Assembly: GCF_009914755.1 (NCBI RefSeq)
Contig: NC_060933.1
DNA from: the human T2T-CHM13v2.0 reference genome, Homo sapiens
Reading direction: 5' to 3' (one strand)
DNA length: 64,000 nucleotides
In this document: positions 28,501 to 42,800 of the stretch, in pieces
How the letters are laid out: every line of letters begins with the position of its first letter
Position numbering within the stretch: the stretch's first letter is position 1
Notes under the pieces: generated by a model
What the model saw: the letters and a program-made list of their open reading frames with translations, nothing else
What the model was told of the DNA's origin: nothing
The model's database searches: none
Program-made: the position numbers and the translations under genes

Positions 28501-31500
28501 TTCCATTCCATTCCATTGCACTCGGGTTGATTCCATTCCATTCCATGCCATTCCATTTCATTCCATTCCATTCCATTCCATTCCATTCCATTCCATTCCA
28601 TTCCATTTCATTGCAATCGAGTTGATTCCATTGCATTCCATTCCATTCCATTCGAGTCCTTTCCATTCCATTCCACTCGGGTTGATTCCATTCTATTCCT
28701 TTCCATTCCATTCGATTCCATTCCATTCCACTCTGGTTGATACCATTCCTTTTCATTCCACTCGAAAACATTCCCTTCTATTCCACTCGGAATGATTCCA
28801 TTCCATTCCCTTCCATTCCATTCCATTCCATTCCATTCCGTTTCGTTCCATTACATTCTATTCCGTACCATTCCACTCCATTCCATTCCATTCCATTCCA
28901 TGCCATTCCTCTCGGGTTGATTCCATTCCTTTCCATTCCATTCGGGTTGAATCCATTCCATTCCATTCCTTTCCATTCCATTCCATTCCATTGCACTCGG
29001 GTTGATTCCATTGCATTCCATTCCGTTCCATTCCGGATGACTCCATTCCATTGCATTCCATTCCATTCCCCTGCACTTGGTTTCATTACATTCCATTCCA
29101 TTCACTTCCATTCCATTCCATTACATTCCATTCCATTCCATTTCAATCGAGTTGATTCCATTCCATTCCATTCCATTCCATTCAATTCCGAATGATTTCA
29201 TTCCATTGCCTTCCATTCCATTCCATTCCTCTGCACTCGGGTTGATTTCATTCCATTCCATTCCATTCCATTCCATTCCATTCCATTCCATTCCATTCCA
29301 TTCCATTTCGTTCCATTCCATTCTATTCCGTACTATTCCATTCGATTCCATTCCATTCCATTCCATTCCATTCCATTTCCTTCCATTCCATTCCATTCCA
29401 TTCCATTCCATTCTATTAGGGTTAATTCCATTCCATTCCATTCCATTCCATTCCATTCCATTCCATGCCATTCCACTCGGGTTGATTCCATTCCTTTCCA
29501 TTCCATTCGAGTTGAATCCATTCCATTCCATTCTATTCCATTCCATTCCATTCCATTCCATTCCATTCCATTATATTCGGGTTAATTTCATTCCATTCCA
29601 TTCCATTCCCTTCCATTGCATTCCATTCCATTCCATTCCATTCCATTGAAATCGAGTTGATTCCATTCCATTCCATTCCATTCCATTCCATTCCATTCCA
29701 TTCCATTCCATTCCATTCTATTCGGGTTAATTCCATTCCATTCCATTCCATTCCCTTCCATTCCATTCTATTCCATTCCATTCCATTCCATTCCATTCTA
29801 TTAGGGTTAATTCCATTCCATTCCATTCCATTCCATTCCATCCCATTCCATTCCATTCCATTGCAATCGAGTTGATTCCATTCCATTCCATTCCATTCCA
29901 TTCCATTCAATTCCATTGAACTCGGGTTAATTCCATTCCATTCCATTCCATTCCATTCCCTTCCATTCCATTCTTTTCCATTCCATTGCATTCCATTCCA
30001 TTCTATTAGGGTTAATTCCATTCCATTCCATTCCATTCCATTCCATCCCATTCCATTCCATTCCATTGCAATCGAGTTGATTCCATTCCATTCCATTCCA
30101 TTCCATTCCATTCCATTCCATTCCATTCCATTCAATTCCATTGAACTCGGGTTGATTCCATTCCATTCCATGCCATTCCATTTCATTCCATTCCATTCCA
30201 TTCCATTCCATTCCTTTCCGTTCCATTCCATTACATTCGGATTGATTATATTCAATTCCCTTACACTCCATTACATTCTATTCCATTCGTGTTGTTTCCA
30301 TTCTATTCCATTCCATTCCACTCCATTCCATTGCACTCTGGTTGATTCCATTCCATTCCCTTCCATTCCGTATGACTCCATTCCATTTCATTCCATTCCA
30401 TTGCATTCCCCTGCACTGGAGTTGATTACATTCCATTCCATTCCCTTCCTTTCCGTTCCATTCCATTCTATTCGGGTTAATTCCATTCCATTCCATTACA
30501 TTCCATTCCCTTCCATTGAATTCCATTCCATTCCATTCCATTCCATTCGATTCTATCCGGGTTAATTCCATTCCATTCCATTCCATTCCATTCCATTCCA
30601 TTGCAATCGAGTTGATTCCATTCCATTCCATTCCATTCCATTCCATTCCATTCCATTCCATTCCATTCCGGATGATTCCATTCCATTGCCTTCCATTCCA
30701 TTCCATTACCATGCACTCGGGTTGTTTCCATTCCATTCCATTCCATTCCATTCCATTCCATTTCGTTCCATTCGATTCTATTCCGTACCATTCAATTCCA
30801 TTCCATTCCATGCCATTCCATTCCATTCCAGTCCATGCCATTCCACTCGGGTTGATTTCATTCCTTTCCATTCCATTCGAGTTGTATCCTTTGCATTCCA
30901 TTCCATTCCATTCGATTCCATTCCATTGCACACGGGTTCATTCCATTCCATTCCATTCCATTCCATTCCATTCCATTCCATTCCATTTCGTTCCATTCCA
31001 TTCTATTCCGTACCATTCCATTCCATTCCATTCCATTCCAGTCCATTCCATGCCATTCCACTCGGGTTGATTCCATTCCTTTCCATTCCATTTGGGTTGA
31101 ATCCATTCCATTCCATTCCATTCCATTCGATTCCATTACATTACACTTGGGTTCATTCCATTCCATTCCATTCCATTCCATTTCATTCCATTCCATTCCA
31201 TTCCATTCCATTCCATTCCATTCCATTCCATTCCATTCCATACCATTCCATTCCATTCCATTCCATGCCATTCCACTCGGGTTGATTCCATTCCTTTCCA
31301 TTCCTTTCGAGTTGAACCCATTCCATTCCATTCCATTCCATTCCATTGCACACGGGTTCATTCCATTCCATTCCATTCCATTCCATTTCGTTTTTTTCCA
31401 TTCTATTCCGTACCATTCCATTCCATTCCATTCCATTCCATGCCATTCCACTCGGGTTTATTCCATTCCTTTCCATTCCATTCGGGTTCAATCCATTCCA

Positions 31501-31608
31501 TTCCATTCCATTCCATTCCATTCCATTCCATTGCACTCGGGTTGATTCCATTCCATTCCATGCCATTCCATTTCATTCCATTCCATTCCATTCCATTCCA
31601 TTCCATTC
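25546..31608 (+). repeat. 3015 bp tandem duplication, two apparently identical copies (25546-28560 / 28561-31575, homology extends to ~31608)
   Basis: ORFs from 25593 to ~28170 reappear with identical translation exactly 3015 bp downstream (25722/28737, 26518/29533, 27263/30278, 27671/30686, 28168/31183). Rare markers TTACCATGCAC, GTTGTATCCTTTGC and TTCGTTTTTTTCC each occur in both copies. Confidence 0.95.
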
Positions 31609-33883
31609 TATTCCGTTCCATTCCATTCAATTACATTCGTATTGATTCTTTTTAATTCCCTTACACTCCATTACATTCCATTCCATTCGGGTACTTTCCA
31701 TTCCATTCCATTCCATTCCACTGCATTCTATTGCACTCGGGTTGATTGATTCCATTCCATTGCATTCCATTCCATTCCATTCCCCTGAACTCGGGTGGAT
31801 TCCATTCCATTCCATTCCATTCCATTCCGTTCCATTCCATTCCATTCCATTCTGTTCAGGTTAATTCCATTCCATTCCATTCCCTTCCATTCCATTCCAT
31901 TCTATTCCATTCCATTCCATTCCATTCCCCTGCACTCAGTTTGATTCCATTCCATTCCATTCCATTCCATTCCGTTCCATTCCATTCCAATCCATTCTAT
32001 TCGCATTAATTCCATTCAATTCCATTCCATTACAATCCATTGCAATCGAGTTGATTCCATTCCATTCCATTCAAGTCCTTTCCATTCCATTCCACTCGTG
32101 TTGATTCCATTTTATTAGTTTCCATTCCATTCCATTCCCTTCCATTCCACTCTGGTTGATTCCATTCCTTTCCATTCTACTCGAATGCATTCCCTTCTAT
32201 TCCACTCTGATTGATTCCATTCCATTCTGTTCCATTCCATTCCATTTCGTTCCATTCCATTCTATTCCATTCCATTCCATTCCATTCCTTTCCATTCCAC
32301 TCCGTTCCATTCCATTCCATTCCATTCCATTTCTTTCCATTCCATTCTATTCCATACCATTCCATTCCATTCCGTTCCATGCCATTCCACTCGGGTTGAT
32401 TCCATTGCTTTCCATTCCATTTGGGTTGAATCCATTCCATTCCATTCCATTCCATTCCATTCCATTCCATTCCATTCCATTCCATTGCATTCCATTCCAT
32501 TGCACTAGGATTGATTCCATTCCACTGCATTCCATTCCATTCCATTCCATTCCATTCCGTTCCATTCCATTCCATTACATTCGTATTGATTGTATTCAAT
32601 TCCCTTACACTCCATTACATTCCATTCCATTCGGGTTGTTTCCATTCCATTCCATTCCATTCCACTCCATTCCATTGCAGTCGGGTTGATTCCATTCCAT
32701 TCCATTCCATTCCCTTCCATTCCATTTCGTTCCATTCCATTCTATTCCATACCATTCCATTCCATTCCATTCCATTCCATTCCATTCCATTCCATGCCAT
32801 TCCACTCGGGTTGATTCCATTCCATTCCATTCCATTCGGGTTGAAACCATTCCATTCCATTCCATTCCATTCCATTCCATTCCGGATGATTGCATTCCAT
32901 TGCCTTCCATTCAATTGCATTCCCCTGCACCCGGGTTGATTCCATTCAATTCCATTCCATTCCATTCCGTTCCATTCCATTCCATACCATTCCATTCCAT
33001 TCCATTCCAATCTATTCGGGTTAATTCCATTCCATTCCATTCCATTCCATTCAATTTCATTGCAATCGGGTTGATTCCAATCCGTTCCATTCCATTGCAT
33101 TCCATTCCATTCCATTCCATTCCATTCCATTCCATTCCATTCCACTCGGGTTGATTCCATTCCTTTCCATTCCATTCGGGGTGAAGCCTTTCCATTCCAT
33201 TCCATTCCTTTCGATTCCATTCCATTGCACTCGGGTTGATCCCATTCCATTGCATTCCATTCCATTCCATTACATTCCTTTCCATTCCATTCCGTTCCAT
33301 TCAATTCCATTACATTCGGATTGATTCTATTCAATTCCCTTACACTCCATCACATTCCATTCCATTCGGGTTGTTTCCATTCCATTCCATTCCATTCCAT
33401 TCCATTCCATTCCATTCCATTCCGTATGATTCCATTCCATTGCATTCTATTCCATTCCATTCCCCTGCAGTCGGGTGGATTCCATTCTATTCCATTCCAT
33501 TCCATTCCATTCCATTCCATTCCATTCCATTCCATTGAAATCGAGTTGATTCCATTCCATTGCATTCCATTCCATTCCATTCCATTCCATTCTATTCGGG
33601 TTAATTCCATTCCATTCCATTCCATTCCATTCCATTCCATTCCATTCCATTCCGGATGATTCCATTCCATTGCATTCCATTCCATTCCATTCCCCTGCAC
33701 TCAGATTGATTCCATTCCATCCCATTCCTTTCCATTCCATTCCATTCCATTCTATTCGCGTTAATTCCATTCCATTCCATTCCATTCCATTACATTCCAT
33801 TGCAATCGAGTTGATTCCATTCCATTCCGTTCCATTCCATTCCATTCCATTCCATTTCGATCCATTCCATTCTATTCCGTACC

Positions 33884-36800
33884 ATTCCATTCCATTCCAT
33901 TCCATTCCATTCCATTCCATTCCATGCCATTCCACTCGGGTTGATTCTATTGCTTTCCATTCCATTTGGGTTGAATCCAATCCATTCCATTGCATTCCAT
34001 TCCATTCCATTCCATTCCATTGCACTAGGTTTGATTCCATTCCACTGCATTCCATTCCATTCCATTCTGTTCCATTCCATTCCATTACATTCGGATTGAT
34101 TGTATTCAATTCCTTACACTCCATTACATTCCATTCCATTCGGGTTGTTTCCATTCCGTTCCATTCCATTCCATTCCATTCCATTGCACTCAGGTTGATT
34201 GCATTCCATTCCATTCCATTCCATTCCATTCCATTCCATTTCGTTCCATTCCATTCTATTCCGTACCATTCCATTCCATTCCATTCCATTCCATGCCATT
34301 CCACTCGGGTTTATTCCATTCCTTTCCATTCCATTCGGGTTGAATCCATTCCATTCCATTCCGTTGCATTCCATTCCATTCCATTCTGTTCAGGTTAATT
34401 CCATTCCATTCCTTTCCCTTCCATTCCATTCCATTCCATTCCATTGCAATCGAGTTGTTTCCATTGCATTCCATTCCATTACATTCCATTGCATTCCATT
34501 CCATTCCATTCCCCTGCACTCAGGTTGATTCCATTCGATTCCATTCCATTCCATTCCATTCCATTCCGTTCCATTCCATTCCATTCTATTCGCTTTAATT
34601 GCATTCCATTCCATTCCATTGCATTCCATTGCAATCGAGTTGATTCCATTCCTTTCCGTTCCATTCCATTCCATTCCATTCCATTTCGTTCCATTCCATT
34701 CTATTCCGTACCATTCCATTCCATTCCATTCCATTCCGTTCCATTCCATTCCATGCCATTCCACTCACGTTGATTCCATTGCTTTCCATTCCATTTGGGT
34801 TGAATCCATTCCATTCCATTCCATTCCATTCCATTCCATTCCATTCCATTGCACTAGGTTTGATTCCATTCCACTGCATTCCATTCCATTCCATTCCATT
34901 CCGTTCCATTCCATTCCATTACATTCGGATTGATTGTATTCAATTCCCTTACAGTCCATTTCATTCCATTCCATTCGGGTTGTTTCCATACCATTCCATT
35001 CCATTCTATTCCATTTCGTTCCATTCCATTCTATTCGGTACCATTCCATTCCATTCCATTCCATTCCATTCCATGCCATTCCACTTGGGTTGATTCCCTT
35101 CCTTTCCATTCCATTCGGGTTGAATCCTTTCCATTCCATTCCATTCCATTCCATTCCTTTCCATTCCATTGCACACGGGTTGATTCCATTCCATTCCTTT
35201 CTGTTCCATTCCGGATGACTCAATTCCATTGCATTCCATTCCATTCCATTCCCCTGCCCTCGGGTTCATTACATTCCATTCCATTTACTTCCAATCCATT
35301 CCATTCCATTCAATTCCATTCTATTCGGGTTAATTCCATTCCATTCCATTCCATTCCATTCCATTCCATTCCATTCCATTCCATTCCATTCCATTCCATT
35401 GCAATCGAGTTGATTCCATTCCATTCCATTCAATTCCATATGATTCCATTCCATTGCCTTCAATTCCATTCCATTCCCCTGCACTCGGGTTGATTCCATT
35501 CCATTCCATTCCATTCCATTCCATTTCATTCCATTCCATTTCGTTCCATTCCATTCTATTCCGTTCCATTCCATTCCATTCCATTCCATTCCATTCCATT
35601 CCATTCCATTCCTTTTCATTCTATTCGGGTTAATTCCATTCCATTCCATTCCATTCCATTCCATTCCGTTCCATTCAATTCCATTACATTCGGATTGATT
35701 CTTTTTAATTCCCTTACACTCCATTACATTCTATTCCATTCGGGTAGTTTCCATACCATTCCATTCCATTCCACTGCATTCTATTGCACTCGGGTTGATT
35801 GATTGCATTCCATTCCATTCCATTCCATTCCGGATGATTCCATTTCATTGCATTCCATTGCATTCCATTCCCCTGTACTCGGGTTGATCCCATTCCATTG
35901 CATTCCATTCCATTCCATTCCGTTCCGTTCCATTCCATTCCCTTCCATTCTGTTCAGGTTAATTCCATTCCATTCCATTCCCTTCCCTTCCATTCCATTC
36001 CATTCCATTCCATTCCATGCCATTCCACTCGGGTTGATTCCATTCCTTTCCATTCCATTCGAGTTGAACCCATTCCATTCCATTCCATTCCATTCCATTC
36101 CATTCCATTCCACTCGGGTTGATTCCATTCCTTTCCATTTCATTCGGGTTGAAACCATTCCATTCCATTCCATTCCTTTCGATTCCATTCCATTTCACTC
36201 GGGTTGATCCCATTCCATTGCATTCCATTCCATTCCATTGCATTCCATTCCGTTCCATTCCATTCCATTACATTCGTATTGATTCTATTCAATTCCCTTA
36301 CTCTCCATTACATTCCATTCCATTCGGGTTGTTTCCATTCCATTCCATTCCATTCCACTCCATTCCATTGCAATCGGGTTGATTCCATTCCATTCCATTG
36401 CATTCCATTCCATTCCATTCCATTCCGTATGATTCCATTCCATTGCATTCCATTCCATTCCATTCCCCTGCACTCGGGTGGATTCCATTCTATTCCATTC
36501 CATTCCATTCCATTCCACTCCATTCCATTCCATTCTATTCGGGTTAATTTCATTCCATTCCATTCCATTCCCTTCCATTGCATTCCATTCCATTCCATTC
36601 CATTCCATTGAAATCGAGTTGATTCCATTCCATTCCATTCCATTCCATTCCATTCCATTCCATTCCATTCTATTCGGGTTAATTCCATTTCATTCCATTC
36701 CATTCCATTCCCTTCCATTCCATTCTATTCCATTCCATTCCATTCCATTCCATTCTAGTAGGGTTAATTCCATTCCATTCCATTCCATTCCATTCCATTC

Positions 36801-39800
36801 CATTCCATTCCATTCCATTCCATTCCATTCCATTGCAATCGAGTTGATTCCATTCCATTCCATTCCATTCCATTCCATTCCATTCCATTCCATGCCATTC
36901 CACTCGGGTTGATTCTATTGCTTTCCATTCCATTTGGGTTGAATCCAATCCATTCCATTGCATTCCATTCCATTCCATTCCATTCCATTGCACTAGGTTT
37001 GATTCCATTCCACTGCATTCCATTCCATTCCATTCTGTTCCATTCCATTCCATTACATTCGGATTGATTGTATTCAATTCCTTACACTCCATTACATTCC
37101 ATTCCATTCGGGTTGTTTCCATTCCGTTCCATTCCATTCCATTCCATTCCATTGCACTCAGGTTGATTGCATTCCATTCCATTCCATTCCATTCCATTCC
37201 ATTCCATTTCGTTCCATTCCATTCTATTCCGTACCATTCCATTCCATTCCATTCCATTCCATGCCATTCCACTCGGGTTTATTCCATTCCTTTCCATTCC
37301 ATTCGGGTTGAATCCATTCCATTCCATTCCGTTGCATTCCATTCCATTCCATTCTGTTCAGGTTAATTCCATTCCATTCCTTTCCCTTCCATTCCATTCC
37401 ATTCCATTCCATTGCAATCGAGTTGTTTCCATTGCATTCCATTCCATTACATTCCATTGCATTCCATTCCATTCCATTCCCCTGCACTCAGGTTGATTCC
37501 ATTCGATTCCATTCCATTCCATTCCATTCCATTCCGTTCCATTCCATTCCATTCTATTCGCTTTAATTGCATTCCATTCCATTCCATTGCATTCCATTGC
37601 AATCGAGTTGATTCCATTCCTTTCCGTTCCATTCCATTCCATTCCATTCCATTTCGTTCCATTCCATTCTATTCCGTACCATTCCATTCCATTCCATTCC
37701 ATTCCGTTCCATTCCATTCCATGCCATTCCACTCACGTTGATTCCATTGCTTTCCATTCCATTTGGGTTGAATCCATTCCATTCCATTCCATTCCATTCC
37801 ATTCCATTCCATTCCATTGCACTAGGTTTGATTCCATTCCACTGCATTCCATTCCATTCCATTCCATTCCGTTCCATTCCATTCCATTACATTCGGATTG
37901 ATTGTATTCAATTCCCTTACAGTCCATTTCATTCCATTCCATTCGGGTTGTTTCCATACCATTCCATTCCATTCTATTCCATTTCGTTCCATTCCATTCT
38001 ATTCGGTACCATTCCATTCCATTCCATTCCATTCCATTCCATGCCATTCCACTTGGGTTGATTCCCTTCCTTTCCATTCCATTCGGGTTGAATCCTTTCC
38101 ATTCCATTCCATTCCATTCCATTCCTTTCCATTCCATTGCACACGGGTTGATTCCATTCCATTCCTTTCTGTTCCATTCCGGATGACTCAATTCCATTGC
38201 ATTCCATTCCATTCCATTCCCCTGCCCTCGGGTTCATTACATTCCATTCCATTTACTTCCAATCCATTCCATTCCATTCAATTCCATTCTATTCGGGTTA
38301 ATTCCATTCCATTCCATTCCATTCCATTCCATTCCATTCCATTCCATTCCATTCCATTCCATTCCATTCCATTCCATTCCATTGCAATCGAGTTGATTCC
38401 ATTCCATTCCATTCAATTCCATATGATTCCATTCCATTGCCTTCAATTCCATTCCATTCCCCTGCACTCGGGTTGATTCCATTCCATTCCATTCCATTCC
38501 ATTCCATTTCATTCCATTCCATTTCGTTCCATTCCATTCTATTCCGTTCCATTCCATTCCATTCCATTCCATTCCATTCCATTCCATTCCATTCCTTTTC
38601 ATTCTATTCGGGTTAATTCCATTCCATTCCATTCCATTCCATTCCATTCCGTTCCATTCAATTCCATTACATTCGGATTGATTCTTTTTAATTCCCTTAC
38701 ACTCCATTACATTCTATTCCATTCGGGTAGTTTCCATACCATTCCATTCCATTCCACTGCATTCTATTGCACTCGGGTTGATTGATTGCATTCCATTCCA
38801 TTCCATTCCATTCCGGATGATTCCATTTCATTGCATTCCATTGCATTCCATTCCCCTGTACTCGGGTTGATCCCATTCCATTGCATTCCATTCCATTCCA
38901 TTCCGTTCCGTTCCATTCCATTCCCTTCCATTCTGTTCAGGTTAATTCCATTCCATTCCATTCCCTTCCCTTCCATTCCATTCCATTCCATTCCATTCCA
39001 TGCCATTCCACTCGGGTTGATTCCATTCCTTTCCATTCCATTCGAGTTGAACCCATTCCATTCCATTCCATTCCATTCCATTCCATTCCATTCCACTCGG
39101 GTTGATTCCATTCCTTTCCATTTCATTCGGGTTGAAACCATTCCATTCCATTCCATTCCTTTCGATTCCATTCCATTTCACTCGGGTTGATCCCATTCCA
39201 TTGCATTCCATTCCATTCCATTGCATTCCATTCCGTTCCATTCCATTCCATTACATTCGTATTGATTCTATTCAATTCCCTTACTCTCCATTACATTCCA
39301 TTCCATTCGGGTTGTTTCCATTCCATTCCATTCCATTCCACTCCATTCCATTGCAATCGGGTTGATTCCATTCCATTCCATTGCATTCCATTCCATTCCA
39401 TTCCATTCCGTATGATTCCATTCCATTGCATTCCATTCCATTCCATTCCCCTGCACTCGGGTGGATTCCATTCTATTCCATTCCATTCCATTCCATTCCA
39501 CTCCATTCCATTCCATTCTATTCGGGTTAATTTCATTCCATTCCATTCCATTCCCTTCCATTGCATTCCATTCCATTCCATTCCATTCCATTGAAATCGA
39601 GTTGATTCCATTCCATTCCATTCCATTCCATTCCATTCCATTCCATTCCATTCTATTCGGGTTAATTCCATTTCATTCCATTCCATTCCATTCCCTTCCA
39701 TTCCATTCTATTCCATTCCATTCCATTCCATTCCATTCTAGTAGGGTTAATTCCATTCCATTCCATTCCATTCCATTCCATTCCATTCCATTCCATTCCA

Positions 39801-39863
39801 TTCCATTCCATTGCAATCGAGTTGATTCCATTCCATTCCATTCCATTCCATTCCATTCCATTC
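33884..39863 (+). repeat. ~2.97 kb tandem duplication (33884-36851 / 36852-39863)
   Basis: ORF pairs at offset 2968 (34114/37082, 34765/37733), then 2983 (35714/38697, 36308/39291), then 2978 at the end. Shared rare markers CTCACGTTG, ACAGTCC, CCATATGATT, CTAGTAGGG. Confidence 0.93.
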
Positions 39864-42800
39864 AATTCCATTGAACTCGGGTTGATTCCATTCCATTCCA
39901 TGCCATTCCGTTTCATTCCATTCCATTCCATTCCATTCCATTCCATTCCATTCCTTTCCGTTCTATTCAATTACATTCGGATTGATTCTATTCAATTCCC
40001 TTACACTCCAATACATTCTATTCCATTCGTGTTGTTTCCATTCTATTCCATTCCATTCCACTCCATTCCATTGCACTCTGGTTGATTCCATTCCATTCCC
40101 TTCCATTCCGTATGACTCCATTCCATTTCATTCCATTGCATTGCTTTCCCCTGCACTCGAGTTGATTACATTCCATTCCATTCCCTTCCTTTCCGTTCCA
40201 TTCCATTCTATTCGGGTTAATTCCATTCCATTCCATTACATTCCATTCCCTTCCATTCCATTACATTCCATTCCATTCCATTCCATTCCATTCTATTCGG
40301 GTTAATTCCATTCCATTCCATTCCATTCCATTCCATTCCATTCCATTCCATTCCATTCCATTGCAATCGAGTTGATTCCATTCCATTCCATTCCATTCCA
40401 TTCCATTCCATTCCATTCCGTTCCATTCCATTCCATTACATTCGGATTGATTCTTTTTAATTCCCTTACACTCCATTCCATTCCATTCCATTCGGGTACT
40501 TTCCATTCCATTCCATTCCATTCCAATGCATTCTATTGCACTCGGGTTCATTGATTCCATTCCATAGCATTCCATTCCATTCCATTCCCCTGCACTCGGG
40601 TTGATCCCATTTCATTGCATTCCATTCCATTCCATTCCATTCCATTCCATTCCATTCCATTCCGTTCCATTCCATTCCATTCCATTCTGTTCAGGTTAAT
40701 TCCATTCCATTCCATTCCCTTCCATTCCGTTTCATTCCATTCCATTCCATTCTGTTCAGGTTAATTCCATTCCATTCCATTCCCTTCCATTCCATTCCAT
40801 TCCATTCCATCCCATTGCAATCTAGTTGATTCCATTGCATTCCATTCCATTCCATTCCATTCCATTGCATTCCATTCCATTCCATTCACCTGCACTCAGA
40901 TTGATTCCATTCCATCCCATTCCATTCCATTCCGTTCCATTACATTCTATTCCATTCTATTCGCGTTAATTCCATTCCATTCCATTCCATTACATTCCAT
41001 TGCAATCGAGTTGATTCCATTCCATTCCGTTCCATTCCATTCCATTCCATTCCATTTCGTTCCATTCCATTTTATTCTGTACCATTCCATTCCATTCCAT
41101 TCCATTCCATTCCATTCCATGCCATTCCACTCGGGTTGATTCCATTGCTTTCCATTCCATTTGGGTTGAATCCCATCCATTCCATTCCATTCCATTCCAT
41201 TCCATTCCATTCCATTCCATTCCATTGCACTAGGTTTGATTACATTCCACGGCATTCCATTCCATTCCATTCCGTTCCATTCCATTCCATTACATTCGGA
41301 TTGATTGTATTCAATTCCCTTACACTCCATTACATTCCATTCCATTCCGGTTGTTTCCATTCCATTTCATTCCATTCCACTCCATTCCATTGCACTCAGG
41401 TTGATTCCATTCCATTGCATTCCATTCCATTCCATTTCGTTCCATTCCATTCTATTCCGTACCATTCCATTCCATTCCATTCCATTCCATGCCATTCCAC
41501 TCAGGTTTATTACATTCCTTTCCATTCCATTCGGGTTGAATCCATTCCATTCCATTCCCTTCCATTCCATTCCATTCCATTCCTTTGCACTCGGGTTGAT
41601 TCCATTCCATTCCCTGCCATTCCATTTCATTCCATTCCATTCCATTCCATTCCATTCCATTCCATTCCATTCCGTTCCATTCCATTCCATTACATTCGGA
41701 TTGGTTGTATTCAATTCCCTTAAACTCCATTACATTCCATTCCATTCGGGTTGTTTCCGTTCCATTACATTCCATTCCACTCCATTCCATTGCACTCAGG
41801 TTGATTCCATTCCATTCCATTTCGTTCCATTCCATTCTATTCCGTACTATTCCATTCCATTCCATTCCATTCCATGCCATTCCACTCGGGTTGATTCCAT
41901 TCCTTTCCATTCCATTCGGGTTGAATCCATTCCATTCCATTCCATTGCATTCCGTTCCATTCCATTCCCCTGCAATCGGGTGGATTCCATTCTATTCCAT
42001 TCCATTCCATTCATTCCATTCCATTCCATTCCATTTCGTTCCATTCCATTCTATTCCGTACCTTTCCATTCCATTCCATTCCATTCCATTCCATACCATG
42101 CCATTCCACTGGGGTTGATTCCATTCCTTTCCATTCCATTCTATTTGAACCCATTCCATTGCATTCCATTCCATTCGATTAAATTCAATTGCACACGGGT
42201 TCATTCCTTTCCATTCCATTCCATTCCATTCCGTTCCATTCCATTCCATTTCGTTCCATTCCATTCTATTCCGTACCATTCCCTTCCATTCCATTCCATT
42301 CCACTCCGTTCCATGCCATTCCACTCGGGTTTATTCCATTCCTTTCCATTCCATTCGGGTTGAATCCATTCCATTCCATTCCATTCCATTCCATGCCATT
42401 CCACTCGGGTTGATTCCATTCCTTTCCATTCCATTCGAGTTGAACAAATTTCATTCCATTCCATTCCATTCCATTCCATTCCATTGCTCACGGTTTCATT
42501 CCATTCCATTCCATTCCATTCCATTTCGTTCCATTCCATTCTACTCCGTACCGTTCCATTCCATTCCATTCCCTTCCATGCCATTTCACTCGGGATTATT
42601 CCTTTCCTTTCCATTCCATTCGGGTTGAATCCATTCCATTCCATTCCTTTGCATTCCATTCCATTCCATTCCCCTGTAATCGGGTGGATTCCATTCTATT
42701 CCATTCCATTCCATTCCATTCCATTCCATCCCATTCCATTCCATTTCGTTCCATTCCATTCTATTCCGTACCATTCCATTCCATTCCATTCCATTCCATT

